A stretch of DNA of 64,000 nucleotides from Cenarchaeum sp. Lineage in GTDB: Archaea > Thermoproteota > Nitrososphaeria > Nitrososphaerales > Nitrosopumilaceae. Below, in pieces: positions 1 through 9,319 of this stretch. The position numbers were made by a program, and so were the translations under genes. The stretch lies in assembly GCA_965212015.1 (NCBI GenBank), contig OZ243037.1, forward strand, positions 1,472,001 to 1,536,000, in the 5' to 3' direction. The stretch's first letter is position 1; each line of letters starts with the position of its first letter. Under the pieces are notes generated by a model that did no database searches, had not been told where the DNA came from, and saw nothing but the letters and a program-made list of their open reading frames with translations.

Positions 1-190
1 TCCTGCGTCCGCGCACAAAGCTGAGATAAAAGCCGATTCCGCCCACCAGAAACCCAAATACAATGGCCGCAGTGCCGAGTCCGGGCGAGTCGGCAAGGTA
101 CAGGGGGGTGGTGACAAACACCAGCGCGCCCAGGATGATTAGGAAAAACCCGCCGCTCTTTCTCCTGTTGTGATCGTCGTGCACCATCAT
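1..190 (-). CDS. small membrane protein (3' end outside window)
   Basis: Manual translation MMVHDDHNRRKSGGFFLIILGALVFVTTPLYL...FGFLVGGIGFYLSF gives two hydrophobic helices; its ATG overlaps the lysS stop (ATGA). Confidence 0.6.
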   Translation of the reverse strand, partial: MMVHDDHNRRKSGGFFLIILGALVFVTTPLYLADSPGLGTAAIVFGFLVGGIGFYLSFVRGRR

Positions 191-1767
191 ACGTACCCCC
201 TGATAATACCGCCGACCTTTTTTGCCCCAATGTCTGCGATGAACGGGCCGATTCTGGGGCCCCGCGTCGTATTGAGGATAATCTTGTAGAGGGTCTGAAA
301 AAAGTCCCTCGGCTGTATGTTGTTTGATTTTGCAATGTTGTATATGGTGTTTTGAAGATCGTCGTGATCCGCACCGCCGTCCAGTACCGCTGCCAGCTCC
401 CCCAGCGCCCCCCTTGTGGCGTCGTCTATCTCTATGTCTATCTTTTCTGCCGCATCAAAGTCGTCGGCGTACCGTCCGGCAAGCCCTATCATCTCGTCGA
501 TCTCTTTTTGCGGCTCCTTTATCACATTGTACTCTATGAGCTTTTTAGTCACGCGTACAGCCCTGTCGTCCCTGAATATCCTGGAGAGCTCAAGCAGCAG
601 CCTATAGCTTACGTGCGGGACGGGGGCATTCGGGGGGTCTAGCAGGTTGACATACTCAAATAGGCCCCTTGACTTTGTCTCTTTTGCCTCGTTGTCCAGC
701 TTTGTCCTGCCAAAATAGATGTTTTGCAGCTCGTTATACTCGTCCATCAGGGCAGGTATGTCCTCAAAGCCCAGCTCGCGCGCGCCGGTGATTCTCTTGT
801 ACAGCAGGAGCAGGATTGACTTTGGGGTCCCGTACTTTAGCCATTTCTGCGAGGTCACCACGTTTCCCAGCGATTTTGAGATCTTTTTTCCTCCCTTGTC
901 CAGGAACATCTCGTACCTTACGTGGTGGGGAGGGGGATACCCGAGTATTTCCTCGGCGACCCAGTCATTTACCCTCACAGAGTCCATAATGTCCTTGCCG
1001 TACGCCTCAAAGCGGACATCCAGCGCGCTCCATCTTGCGGCAAATTCCACCTTCCATGCCAGCTTTCCCATGTCCCTTCCAATGTCTGCCTCGCCCTCGT
1101 GCCGGCAGCCCCTGACTGTGCCGCCCCCAATGTCCGCATCGCCGCACCTGTACGTGATCTTTTTCTCGTCTGCAATGTATCCTGTCGCCTCTGCCGTATA
1201 CAGCCTGTTGCACTGGGCGCATACGGGAAAATATGGAAGATAGTTCCGGAACTTGTCCTGTCCCACCATGTCTGAAATCTTGGCGCCGATTTTCTCTGCG
1301 TTGAGCAGGATTTTGTGTATCTGCCCCTTTAGCAGCCCGCTCTGGTACGTCTCCTTTGCACTCCTAAAGACGTACTTTATGCCCAGGCAGTCCAGCCCGT
1401 CTAGCAGCAGGCTGCTCATGTGCATTCCGTACGAGTCGTGGCATCCAAAGGGATCGGGAATCAGCGATACCGGCTTTGCAATGTGCTCCTTGAGCGAATC
1501 GGGAAGGCCCTCTGGAATCTTTCTCAGCCCGTCGAGGTCATCAGAGTACGCAATCAGCTCCGACTTTAATCCCATATCCTCAAGCGCCATCTTTACGCCG
1601 TACGCCCTTACCGCATCGCCGAGGCTTCCAATGTGCGGAATGCCAGAGGCCCCAAGGCCGCTTTCGACCCTTAGCAGATCCAAGCTCCGCCCGAGCGACT
1701 TTTCCCTCTCTAGGAGCTCGCATGCCAGCTTGTCAATCCACGTGCCCCTGCCTATTATTTCAGTCAT
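187..1767 (-). CDS. lysS: class I lysyl-tRNA synthetase
   Basis: SGIPHIG (HIGH-like), GKLAWKVEFAARW, KISKSLGN (KMSKS-like), GPRIG C-terminus; likely start MTEIIGRGTW. Confidence 0.97.
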   Translation of the reverse strand: MTEIIGRGTWIDKLACELLEREKSLGRSLDLLRVESGLGASGIPHIGSLGDAVRAYGVKMALEDMGLKSELIAYSDDLDGLRKIPEGLPDSLKEHIAKPVSLIPDPFGCHDSYGMHMSSLLLDGLDCLGIKYVFRSAKETYQSGLLKGQIHKILLNAEKIGAKISDMVGQDKFRNYLPYFPVCAQCNRLYTAEATGYIADEKKITYRCGDADIGGGTVRGCRHEGEADIGRDMGKLAWKVEFAARWSALDVRFEAYGKDIMDSVRVNDWVAEEILGYPPPHHVRYEMFLDKGGKKISKSLGNVVTSQKWLKYGTPKSILLLLYKRITGARELGFEDIPALMDEYNELQNIYFGRTKLDNEAKETKSRGLFEYVNLLDPPNAPVPHVSYRLLLELSRIFRDDRAVRVTKKLIEYNVIKEPQKEIDEMIGLAGRYADDFDAAEKIDIEIDDATRGALGELAAVLDGGADHDDLQNTIYNIAKSNNIQPRDFFQTLYKIILNTTRGPRIGPFIADIGAKKVGGIIRGYV

Positions 1768-3349
1768 GGCTCCCCGAAAGATTTTTTGCCATATAAGGGC
1801 CATCCGGACGGTAGCCCATCCTTCTATAGTATTCCCTTGTGCCGACTGCGCTGATGACTAGCAGCTTGGCCGCATCAAACTCTTCTCTTGCTATCCTTTG
1901 CGCCTCTTCCATCAGTCTTTTGCCCAGGCCGGAGTGCTGTATTTCGTCTTTTTGCCTCTCGCCTATCTTGAGGGACCTGCCGTACACGTGCAGCTCCCTT
2001 ACGATGCAGGCACCAGCTGCCTCCGGCCTGTGCGCCATATGGCCGGGATTTCGCAGGCGCAAAAATCCATAGATATAGTCGTCTGCGTCCACGTATGACA
2101 GAAACACCTCGCTGCCGCCAGATGACTGATAGTCCGCCCTGTCGAGCTTCAAGTCCTCTGTTCTTGCGGTCTTTTTTGAGAGTCCTGCCTCCCTGCACCT
2201 GATGCACCTGCAGCGCAGCCCCCGGCTTTTGAGATTGTCCAGGACAAACTGTCTCAGGTTTCCGGACTTTGGGCCTGCCACTATCTCCGGTGCGGATATC
2301 TCCCGCTGCACGCGCATGATTCTGACCCATTTTGGAATGTTCCTTTTTACCTCGGTCAGGACGCGTATCATGTCGTCATCAGAGTACGGGACGTACCTGC
2401 CGTCCTTGTAATCCTCAAACAGCGGCGTGTTCTTTAGTACAAGCGAGGGATAGATCTTTAGCATGTCCGGCTTGAGATCGGGATCCTCAAAGAGGCGCCC
2501 AAAGTCTGCAATGTCTGTCTGCGGCGTGGCAGTGGGAAGCCCCGGCATCATGTGTGCGACAATCTTGTATCCGGCGTCCTTGGAGACCTGGAACGATTCT
2601 ACCACGTCACCATAGGTGTGCCCCCGGTTGACAAGCTCGTATATTTTTTCTTGCAGGCTCTGCACCCCTATCTCGACTCGCGTGACCCCAAAGCGCAGCA
2701 TAGAGTCGACGTGCTCCCTCTTGCAGTAATCCGGCTTTGTCTCTATTGTGAATCCCACATTCCTGTATTCGGACAGCTCGCCGGCTGCCTGCGCCTGCTC
2801 TAGCGTCTCCGAATCATTCCCCGTCAGCGCATCAAAGCACGATTTTATAAAATTTTCCTGATAGTCGCGCGGCATGAACAGAAACGTCCCGCCCACTATT
2901 ACCAGCTCCAGCTTTGAGACGTCGTGGCCGTAGGCAAGAAGCTTGTCTATCTTTGAGCGAATCTGTTTTTTTGGATCGTACATGTTTTCGATTGCGTTGA
3001 TTGTGGCCGGCTCCATTCCGGTATAGCTGTTCGGCGTGTTGAACTCTGTCCCGCCAGGACAGTACGTGCATCTGCCGTGCGGACAGGCGTACGGCTTTGG
3101 CATCAGGGCGATCACAGCTATTCCGGATGCCGTCTTTATCGGCTTTTTTAGCAGGACCCTTTGCAGCCTTGCATAGCCGTCACCTGACGCGGTGGCCAGA
3201 ATCTCGTCGTTTCCCGGAATCCTTCCAAGCGAGTATTTTAAGCATATTTTTTTGATCTCCGCCTTTACCTCCCGTTTTGTGGGCTCTTTGGCGGCAAGCA
3301 GATTGCAAGAGATCTCCTTGCACGCATCAGAGAATGATATGGACTGCAT
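1760..3349 (-). CDS. elp3: Elp3 tRNA U34 carboxymethylation radical SAM/GNAT enzyme
   Basis: CPHGRCTYCPGG radical SAM motif, GGTF, ETKPD, VRELHVYG, QHSGLG GNAT motif. Confidence 0.96.
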   Translation of the reverse strand: MQSISFSDACKEISCNLLAAKEPTKREVKAEIKKICLKYSLGRIPGNDEILATASGDGYARLQRVLLKKPIKTASGIAVIALMPKPYACPHGRCTYCPGGTEFNTPNSYTGMEPATINAIENMYDPKKQIRSKIDKLLAYGHDVSKLELVIVGGTFLFMPRDYQENFIKSCFDALTGNDSETLEQAQAAGELSEYRNVGFTIETKPDYCKREHVDSMLRFGVTRVEIGVQSLQEKIYELVNRGHTYGDVVESFQVSKDAGYKIVAHMMPGLPTATPQTDIADFGRLFEDPDLKPDMLKIYPSLVLKNTPLFEDYKDGRYVPYSDDDMIRVLTEVKRNIPKWVRIMRVQREISAPEIVAGPKSGNLRQFVLDNLKSRGLRCRCIRCREAGLSKKTARTEDLKLDRADYQSSGGSEVFLSYVDADDYIYGFLRLRNPGHMAHRPEAAGACIVRELHVYGRSLKIGERQKDEIQHSGLGKRLMEEAQRIAREEFDAAKLLVISAVGTREYYRRMGYRPDGPYMAKNLSGSHD

Positions 3350-3390
3350 GACTTGGAGTCAGAAATCTGCCATAAATTCCTTAACTGCGC

Positions 3391-3915
3391 CTATCGCCTT
3401 TTGCGACCGGCCTTTTTTGCGCTCTTTTTGGTCCTTCCTGCCGCGCTCTTTGGCCTTTTGCGCCCAGCCTTTGCCGCTTTTCTGGGTTTTTTTGCAGCAT
3501 TTTTCTTGGCCTTGCCTTTTGGCCTTTTACGACCCGTCTTTTTTGCCGCGCTCTTTGGCCTTTTACGACCCGTCTTTTTTGCCGCGCTCTTTGGCCTTTT
3601 ACGCCCGGCCTTTTTTGCGCTCTTTTTGGCCTTGCTCTTTGGCTTTTTACGACCGGCCTTTTTTGCCGCGGCCTTTTTCCTTGCCTTTGGCCTTGATCCG
3701 GATTTTCTTTTCAGTATAGTCAGCTGGTTTTTTAGCTCAATTAGATCCATCTTTAGCTTTGCCGACTGTTCTGCCACGCTTGCGTCGGGGGCCACAAAGT
3801 TTCCTCCTAGTTTTGCATAGCATTCGGCGTGAAAGACCCGCCCGTCTGCGTATTTTAGCTCGTTTTTTCTCACGCCTCTTGTGCATGCCACGCAGAACAT
3901 TACAACCTCGGCCAT
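3391..3915 (-). CDS. Zn-finger/coiled-coil protein with a histone H1-like Lys/Ala/Arg-rich repeat tail
   Basis: N-terminal CxxC...HxxC, coiled coil, then repeated AAKK(A/T)GRKRPKS. Confidence 0.8.
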   Translation of the reverse strand: MAEVVMFCVACTRGVRKNELKYADGRVFHAECYAKLGGNFVAPDASVAEQSAKLKMDLIELKNQLTILKRKSGSRPKARKKAAAKKAGRKKPKSKAKKSAKKAGRKRPKSAAKKTGRKRPKSAAKKTGRKRPKGKAKKNAAKKPRKAAKAGRKRPKSAAGRTKKSAKKAGRKRR

Positions 3916-3990
3916 CTCATTTTTTGTTTTTTCCTATGATTTAAGATTTTCCTAAAAAACATTTTGACCGGCAAGGCGCCGCACCATCCA

Positions 3991-5205
3991 TTACAGCTTG
4001 GCGTTTCTTACTTCCTTTCTGTATTCGAGCTTTAGCCAGATTGGCGTGATTATGGTGGTCACTGCGACCATTATTACTATTGTAGAGTATACGCTGCCCG
4101 TCAGTACGCCAGAGGACACCCCGACGCCGGCCACAATCAGCCCCACCTCGCCCCTGGATATCATGCCGATTCCGACGCGCATTCCCTGCGCCTTGTTTTT
4201 GAGGAACATCCATGCCGGAAGGCCGCATCCGAACAGCTTTGTCACAATGGCAATCACTATGATTATCCCGCTGAGCATCAGTATCTCCCCGTTGATCTCC
4301 CTGAAATCCACCTGCGCGCCGATGATTGCAAAGAACAGCGGCGCAAAGATCAGGCCGATCTTTTCTATGAAATGCTCCACCTTTTCAAACACCTTGGTGG
4401 TGGACAGCGCCATCCCGACTGCAAACGCGCCGACTATCGGGGAGAGTCCTATGGAGCCTGCCAGCGCGGCTGCGCCAAAAAACGCAGCCGTAACTATTCC
4501 CTCGACGCTTCCCTTTGCCTTCCACAGCCTGGGAGTAACAACCTTTGGCATGATGATTACGGCAACAATCAGCATTATGGCAAAGAATCCCAACACCTGC
4601 AGTATTGTAATCATGACTTGAGTCACGTCAATGTTTTCTACCCCGCCTCCCCCGCTTGCAATGGATGTGACTACTGAGAGCACCGCTATGGCCAGAATGT
4701 CATCCACCACTGCGGCGCCTATGATCAGCCTCGCCTCCGGGGTCTTTATCTTGCCAAACTCGCTTAGGACCTGAATCGAGATGGCAATGCTAGTGGCAGT
4801 AAGTGCCGTGGCAATCAGCATGGACTGCAGGGCGTCAAAGCCAAATGCCTGAAAAACCCACAATCCGGCGAAAAACGGTATCACCACCCCGAGCGTGCCG
4901 ACGGTAAAGGACGCCTTGCCTCCGCGCAAGAATTCCTTCGGGGTCATTTCCAGCCCCGCCATGAACAAAATCACAATCGCGCCGATCTCGCCGAGGACCC
5001 TGATCTCGCTGTCGATTCTCAGAATCGGCTCCCCGTCAAAGACCAAAAACGCCCCCAGCGCAAACGGCCCTATGATCATTCCTGCCAAAAGCTCGCCCAG
5101 GACGATCGGAAGCTTTAGCCTCAGGAACAGCTCGGCCATTAGCTTTGCCGCAAAGAGCAAAATTCCTACGCCTATGATGGTCTGAATAAAGTGGGTCTCA
5201 ACCAT
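3991..5205 (-). CDS. cation:proton antiporter (CPA2/Kef family)
   Basis: Multiple TM helices; GELLAG, ATSIAI, AAVVDD, GMISRGEV motifs. Confidence 0.93.
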   Translation of the reverse strand: MVETHFIQTIIGVGILLFAAKLMAELFLRLKLPIVLGELLAGMIIGPFALGAFLVFDGEPILRIDSEIRVLGEIGAIVILFMAGLEMTPKEFLRGGKASFTVGTLGVVIPFFAGLWVFQAFGFDALQSMLIATALTATSIAISIQVLSEFGKIKTPEARLIIGAAVVDDILAIAVLSVVTSIASGGGGVENIDVTQVMITILQVLGFFAIMLIVAVIIMPKVVTPRLWKAKGSVEGIVTAAFFGAAALAGSIGLSPIVGAFAVGMALSTTKVFEKVEHFIEKIGLIFAPLFFAIIGAQVDFREINGEILMLSGIIIVIAIVTKLFGCGLPAWMFLKNKAQGMRVGIGMISRGEVGLIVAGVGVSSGVLTGSVYSTIVIMVAVTTIITPIWLKLEYRKEVRNAKL

Positions 5206-5285
5206 GTCCTCAAGTTAGCAATGACGGGTGGCAATATAAGCAGATATCCCCGGGCAGAAAGGAGTGAATTTCCGGCTCCTGCCAA

Positions 5286-6305
5286 TCATGCAATCCTTTC
5301 AGAGTCCACAAAGACGCCCTTTTTTGAAGTGACGTCCCCTATTGCCTGCGATTTGATCCCATGTCTTTTAAAAACGGACACGATCCGATCCTCCTGATCC
5401 CTCGGTGCGACGACGCAAAAGCCTATTCCCATGTTGAATGTCTTGTACATCTCTGTTTTTCCGACGCCCTGCTCGCCGATCAGCTTCATTATGGGCGGCG
5501 CATCGGGAAGGCCGTGCAGCTCAAAGCCTGCGTTTTTCAGGCGCAAGAGCTTTGTAAACGATCCGCCAGTAATGTGCGCCAGTCCGTGCACGCGGCACTT
5601 TTTTGCAATTTCCAGTACCGGCTTTACGTAAATCTCAGTCGGGGCAAGCAGCGCATCGCCGATGGCGCCGACCCCCCTCGGCCTGTCCTTTAGCGAGTAT
5701 TTTTTGAGCGCGCGCCGGGCCAGCGTGTACCCGTTTGAATGTATACCGCTGCTGTATGCGCCAATGATCACGTCATTTGCCCTTATCCTGCCGCCCAGTA
5801 TCACGTCCTTTTTTGAGACCAGTCCCACCACCATGCCTGCCAGGTCAAATGCAAACCCCCTGCCTGCAAACAGGTCCGGCATTATCGCCGTCTCGCCGCC
5901 GACAATCGGGACTGCTGCCTTTTTTGCGCCCCTTGCAAGCCCGAGCATGATCTCTGAGAAAATCGCATCGTCGTTTTTGTTTGCTGCGATATAGTCCACA
6001 AAGGAGACGGGGGTGGCGCCGGTGCAGATTATGTCATTGACATTCATTGCAATACAGTCGATTCCTATAGTGTCGTATTTTTTCATCCGGCAGGCGATCA
6101 AGACCTTGGTTCCCACGCCGTCAGTATGCACTGCAAGATTCACCCCCTTTTGGAGCCCCACTATTCCCGCGTAATGCCCGAAACCGTGCATGATTTTTGC
6201 CTTTTTTTGGACCTTGTGGGTTTGGGCGATTATCCTGCCCATCCGGGCCTGGCTTTTTTTGATCCTTGCAATGTCCACGCCTGCGTCCTTGTAGGTCAGA
6301 GCCAT
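5286..6305 (-). CDS. purM: phosphoribosylformylglycinamidine cyclo-ligase
   Basis: TYKDAGVD, TDGVGTK, GGETA, SSGIHSNG, AHITGG, TFNMGIG. Confidence 0.97.
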   Translation of the reverse strand: MALTYKDAGVDIARIKKSQARMGRIIAQTHKVQKKAKIMHGFGHYAGIVGLQKGVNLAVHTDGVGTKVLIACRMKKYDTIGIDCIAMNVNDIICTGATPVSFVDYIAANKNDDAIFSEIMLGLARGAKKAAVPIVGGETAIMPDLFAGRGFAFDLAGMVVGLVSKKDVILGGRIRANDVIIGAYSSGIHSNGYTLARRALKKYSLKDRPRGVGAIGDALLAPTEIYVKPVLEIAKKCRVHGLAHITGGSFTKLLRLKNAGFELHGLPDAPPIMKLIGEQGVGKTEMYKTFNMGIGFCVVAPRDQEDRIVSVFKRHGIKSQAIGDVTSKKGVFVDSERIA

Positions 6306-6350
6306 GGTGTGTGGCGTGTCTTTTGCGAATAAAAGAATTTGCCTGACGGC

Positions 6351-7085
6351 TCACATGTACATTCCGGATATCTCTTCGCGGTGCGCTGCGTATTTCTGCG
6401 ACATTTCTTTAAAGTCCGTGCCGATCTTTTCCTTCTCCTTTAGCAGGTCTTCTGAGCTGACGTCCATGTCGTATACCCTGTTTACCGCCTCGATCAGCGT
6501 GGCAGCAGCTGCCGGATCCGCAACGTCCTTGTTTGCCTTGACTAGCAGCGTGATGCCGCGAATCTTTCTTAGGAGGCACTCGTTTAGAATCCCGCCGGGA
6601 ATGCCCGTGATAAAGCCCTGCGGAATCATGCTGATGTTTTTGTCCTTCATCAGCCTGCACAGATCCTCCTCTGCTGCACAGTACGCCTTGTCATCATGTC
6701 TCTCGCTGGCGACCCCGTCCAGGATTATGATCTCATTTGAGCCCTTTTTTTCTGCCCAGTCCAGAATCTCCGAGACCAGGGTATAGAGCCCCTCCATCCT
6801 GAGTGTAATCTCGCAGACTATGGCGCAGATTGTCCCCTTTTCGTTTGCGTAAAACCGGAACGGATGGCGCAGCCGTCCGCGCATGAACACAGTTGACGGC
6901 GGCAGGTGCCTTGATCTCATGAATCCGATCTCCCTCATGTCCAGCTGCTTTATGATGTGCCCCACTGACAGCGGCCCGACTAGCCCCGCGCCGACAAACC
7001 CGGCAAAGATTACCGGGGCGTCAAGCTTTTTTTCCTCGACTTCGAAAACCTGCGCCTCTGGAAAACCCGCCTTGTCCATATACAT
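6351..7085 (-). CDS. PAC2-family proteasome assembly chaperone
   Basis: GFVGAGLVG motif, ITGIPG, DPAAA, C-terminal MYM (HbYX-like). Confidence 0.9.
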   Translation of the reverse strand: MYMDKAGFPEAQVFEVEEKKLDAPVIFAGFVGAGLVGPLSVGHIIKQLDMREIGFMRSRHLPPSTVFMRGRLRHPFRFYANEKGTICAIVCEITLRMEGLYTLVSEILDWAEKKGSNEIIILDGVASERHDDKAYCAAEEDLCRLMKDKNISMIPQGFITGIPGGILNECLLRKIRGITLLVKANKDVADPAAAATLIEAVNRVYDMDVSSEDLLKEKEKIGTDFKEMSQKYAAHREEISGMYM

Positions 7086-7205
7086 GGATTTTTTCTATCT
7101 AGTTATCATGCTAGCTAAGTGTTTTGTAGCTATTTGGTTAGAAATTCTTTCCGAACATCGTGTTTAAATACGGTACGGCCGGCTGCGCCCCTGGCGTTTG
7201 TGCAG

Positions 7206-7553
7206 TTACACGCCCTTGTTTATGAACAGGTCTAGCATTGTCTTGCCTTTTTTGGTAATGCGATAAAATATCCTCGTCCCGTCGTCTTCCCTCTTTACAA
7301 AGTTATAGTCTGTACAAAGGTGCAGATAGTTGAGAAACGATCTCTTCATCCTTATCTTGGATTCAGAGTACAGGTTTGAAAACGTCATGGGCCCCTCTTT
7401 GAGCTGGTACAGGAGCTTTAGGAGAGACAGAGTGCTAAAGTCGCGCGTCCTGGCCTTTACTGCGCCGAGGACCTCCTCGTCTCTTGCTATTATAAAGTCC
7501 TCAAATTGGTCTGCCACCTCTACTGGCACATATGTCAGGCGCGCCTTCATCAT
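7206..7553 (-). CDS. winged-helix DNA-binding protein
   Basis: wHTH pattern ending YRITKKGKTMLDLF. Confidence 0.8.
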   Translation of the reverse strand: MMKARLTYVPVEVADQFEDFIIARDEEVLGAVKARTRDFSTLSLLKLLYQLKEGPMTFSNLYSESKIRMKRSFLNYLHLCTDYNFVKREDDGTRIFYRITKKGKTMLDLFINKGV

Positions 7554-7570
7554 ACCGTATTGTACGGTAT
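7552..7570. promoter_or_regulatory. perfect inverted repeat ATACCGTA-ttg-TACGGTAT, candidate operator
   Basis: 8-bp arms with a 3-bp spacer, overlapping the start of the wHTH gene. Confidence 0.55.
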
Positions 7571-7734
7571 TTTACCTTATTAACCTTGCTGTTTTTGGAA
7601 ATTATACTGTTTGGTGCCAAAAGCTTGCCTGCCGGGAGCCAAACCCGAATGGGGAGGGGCCGGCTCTGCCCTGCGCCAGGGAGCGCTGCCATGCCAATAA
7701 TGATGTTTATTAATCTCAAAGCGTGCCTGCTACC

Positions 7735-9231
7735 ATGACGGATATCACGTTTTATGGTGGGGTGGATGAAATTGGCGGCAACAAGTTTCTTTTGAAAGAC
7801 AAGGATGCCAGAGTCTTTTTGGATTTTGGCATGCAGATGGGCAAGGCCAACAGCTATTTTGCCGAGTTTACACAGCCCCGAGGACTCAACGGCATGGGGG
7901 ATCTGTTTGAGTTTGGACTGCTGCCCAAAATTCACGGCCTATACAGAAAGGACTATTCAGAACACATGGGCTGGGATAATGATCACAAAAGCGATACGGC
8001 GTTTGACGGCGTGCTGCTTACCCATGCACACGTTGATCACTGTGCATACATTCACTATCTGAGGCCCGAGATTCCGATTTACTGTACGGAGGCCACAAAG
8101 CTGATCATGCAGACGTTTCAGGATACGGGAGGGCATGAGCAATACATAAAATACAAGAGGAATTTCCAGATTTACAAAAACTCCAAGGGTGGCAAGAGTC
8201 GAGCAAACTCTAAGAAAAACAGGGAAGAGTTTGACAGAGAAATCAGGATAATCGAGCCATACAAGCCATTCAAGATTGGTTCTTTAGAGATAGAACCCGT
8301 GCCAGTTGATCACTCGCTGCCGGGCGTGTGCGGCTTTATAATACATACGTCCAATGGGACTATCGGCTATACGGGTGATTTGAGGTTTCATGGACGCCGC
8401 AAAAAAGAGAGTGTAAAGTTTGTAGAGCGTTGCGCGGAATCCGATCTGGATCACATATTGTGCGAGGGAACCAGGGTCGATGCCGGCACGTCAAAGACTG
8501 AATACGACATTGAAAAGGATGCCATAGATATTACAAACTCTGCCAAAGAGCTGGTTATCGTGACGTATCCTGTGCGGGATCTTGACAGACTCCAGTCGTT
8601 TTATCTTGCAGCAAAAGAGACCGGGCGCAAGCTGGCCATAGATATGAAGCAGGCGTATCTGCTGAATCTTTTTGCCAAATCCAAAAATTACACCAAAATT
8701 TATCCCACGTTAGATGATCCCACAATTGTGATCTATAATCCGAAAAAATCATGGGGACTAATAGACAAGGATGTGGAACATTGGACAAAAGATCAACAAT
8801 CGGCAGATTACAAAAAATGGGAGCAGACATTCATAGACTGTGAAAACTCGGTAATTCACAGCGACATATCCTCGCACCAGGACACATACATGTTTTATTG
8901 CAGTGATTTCGGTTTGAAGGAGCTGATAGACATAAGGCCATCCCCGGGATCCCAGTATATTCGTTCGTCAACTGAGCCATTTGATGATGAGATGAGGCTG
9001 GATCATGATAGAATCAAGCGGTGGCTGGTTCACTTTAACTTGCTGGATAAGGAAGAGAAATGGACTGTAAGCCATGTGTCGGGTCATGGTTCCGGGGATC
9101 AGATAGAGCAGCTGGCCAAAGGCGTTAAAGCCAAAAAGCTTACTCCGATCCATACGGAAAAAGGCGAATATTTTGATAAATGGCATGATAACGTGCAAAA
9201 AATCAAGCTTGACGGGACGTTGTCATTTTAA
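7735..9231 (+). CDS. metallo-beta-lactamase/beta-CASP ribonuclease (RNase J-like)
   Basis: GGVDEIGGN, LDFG, THAHVDH, VDHS, YTGD, HVSGH, PIHTE. Confidence 0.88.
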   Translation: MTDITFYGGVDEIGGNKFLLKDKDARVFLDFGMQMGKANSYFAEFTQPRGLNGMGDLFEFGLLPKIHGLYRKDYSEHMGWDNDHKSDTAFDGVLLTHAHVDHCAYIHYLRPEIPIYCTEATKLIMQTFQDTGGHEQYIKYKRNFQIYKNSKGGKSRANSKKNREEFDREIRIIEPYKPFKIGSLEIEPVPVDHSLPGVCGFIIHTSNGTIGYTGDLRFHGRRKKESVKFVERCAESDLDHILCEGTRVDAGTSKTEYDIEKDAIDITNSAKELVIVTYPVRDLDRLQSFYLAAKETGRKLAIDMKQAYLLNLFAKSKNYTKIYPTLDDPTIVIYNPKKSWGLIDKDVEHWTKDQQSADYKKWEQTFIDCENSVIHSDISSHQDTYMFYCSDFGLKELIDIRPSPGSQYIRSSTEPFDDEMRLDHDRIKRWLVHFNLLDKEEKWTVSHVSGHGSGDQIEQLAKGVKAKKLTPIHTEKGEYFDKWHDNVQKIKLDGTLSF

Positions 9232-9319
9232 ACCATCCAGACAGGCGCATTTTGTGCGAGATCAATAATTCCCACCTTGCCTGACATTCTTCCCAAAAAG
9301 TGCGCGTGTCTGACTATTC

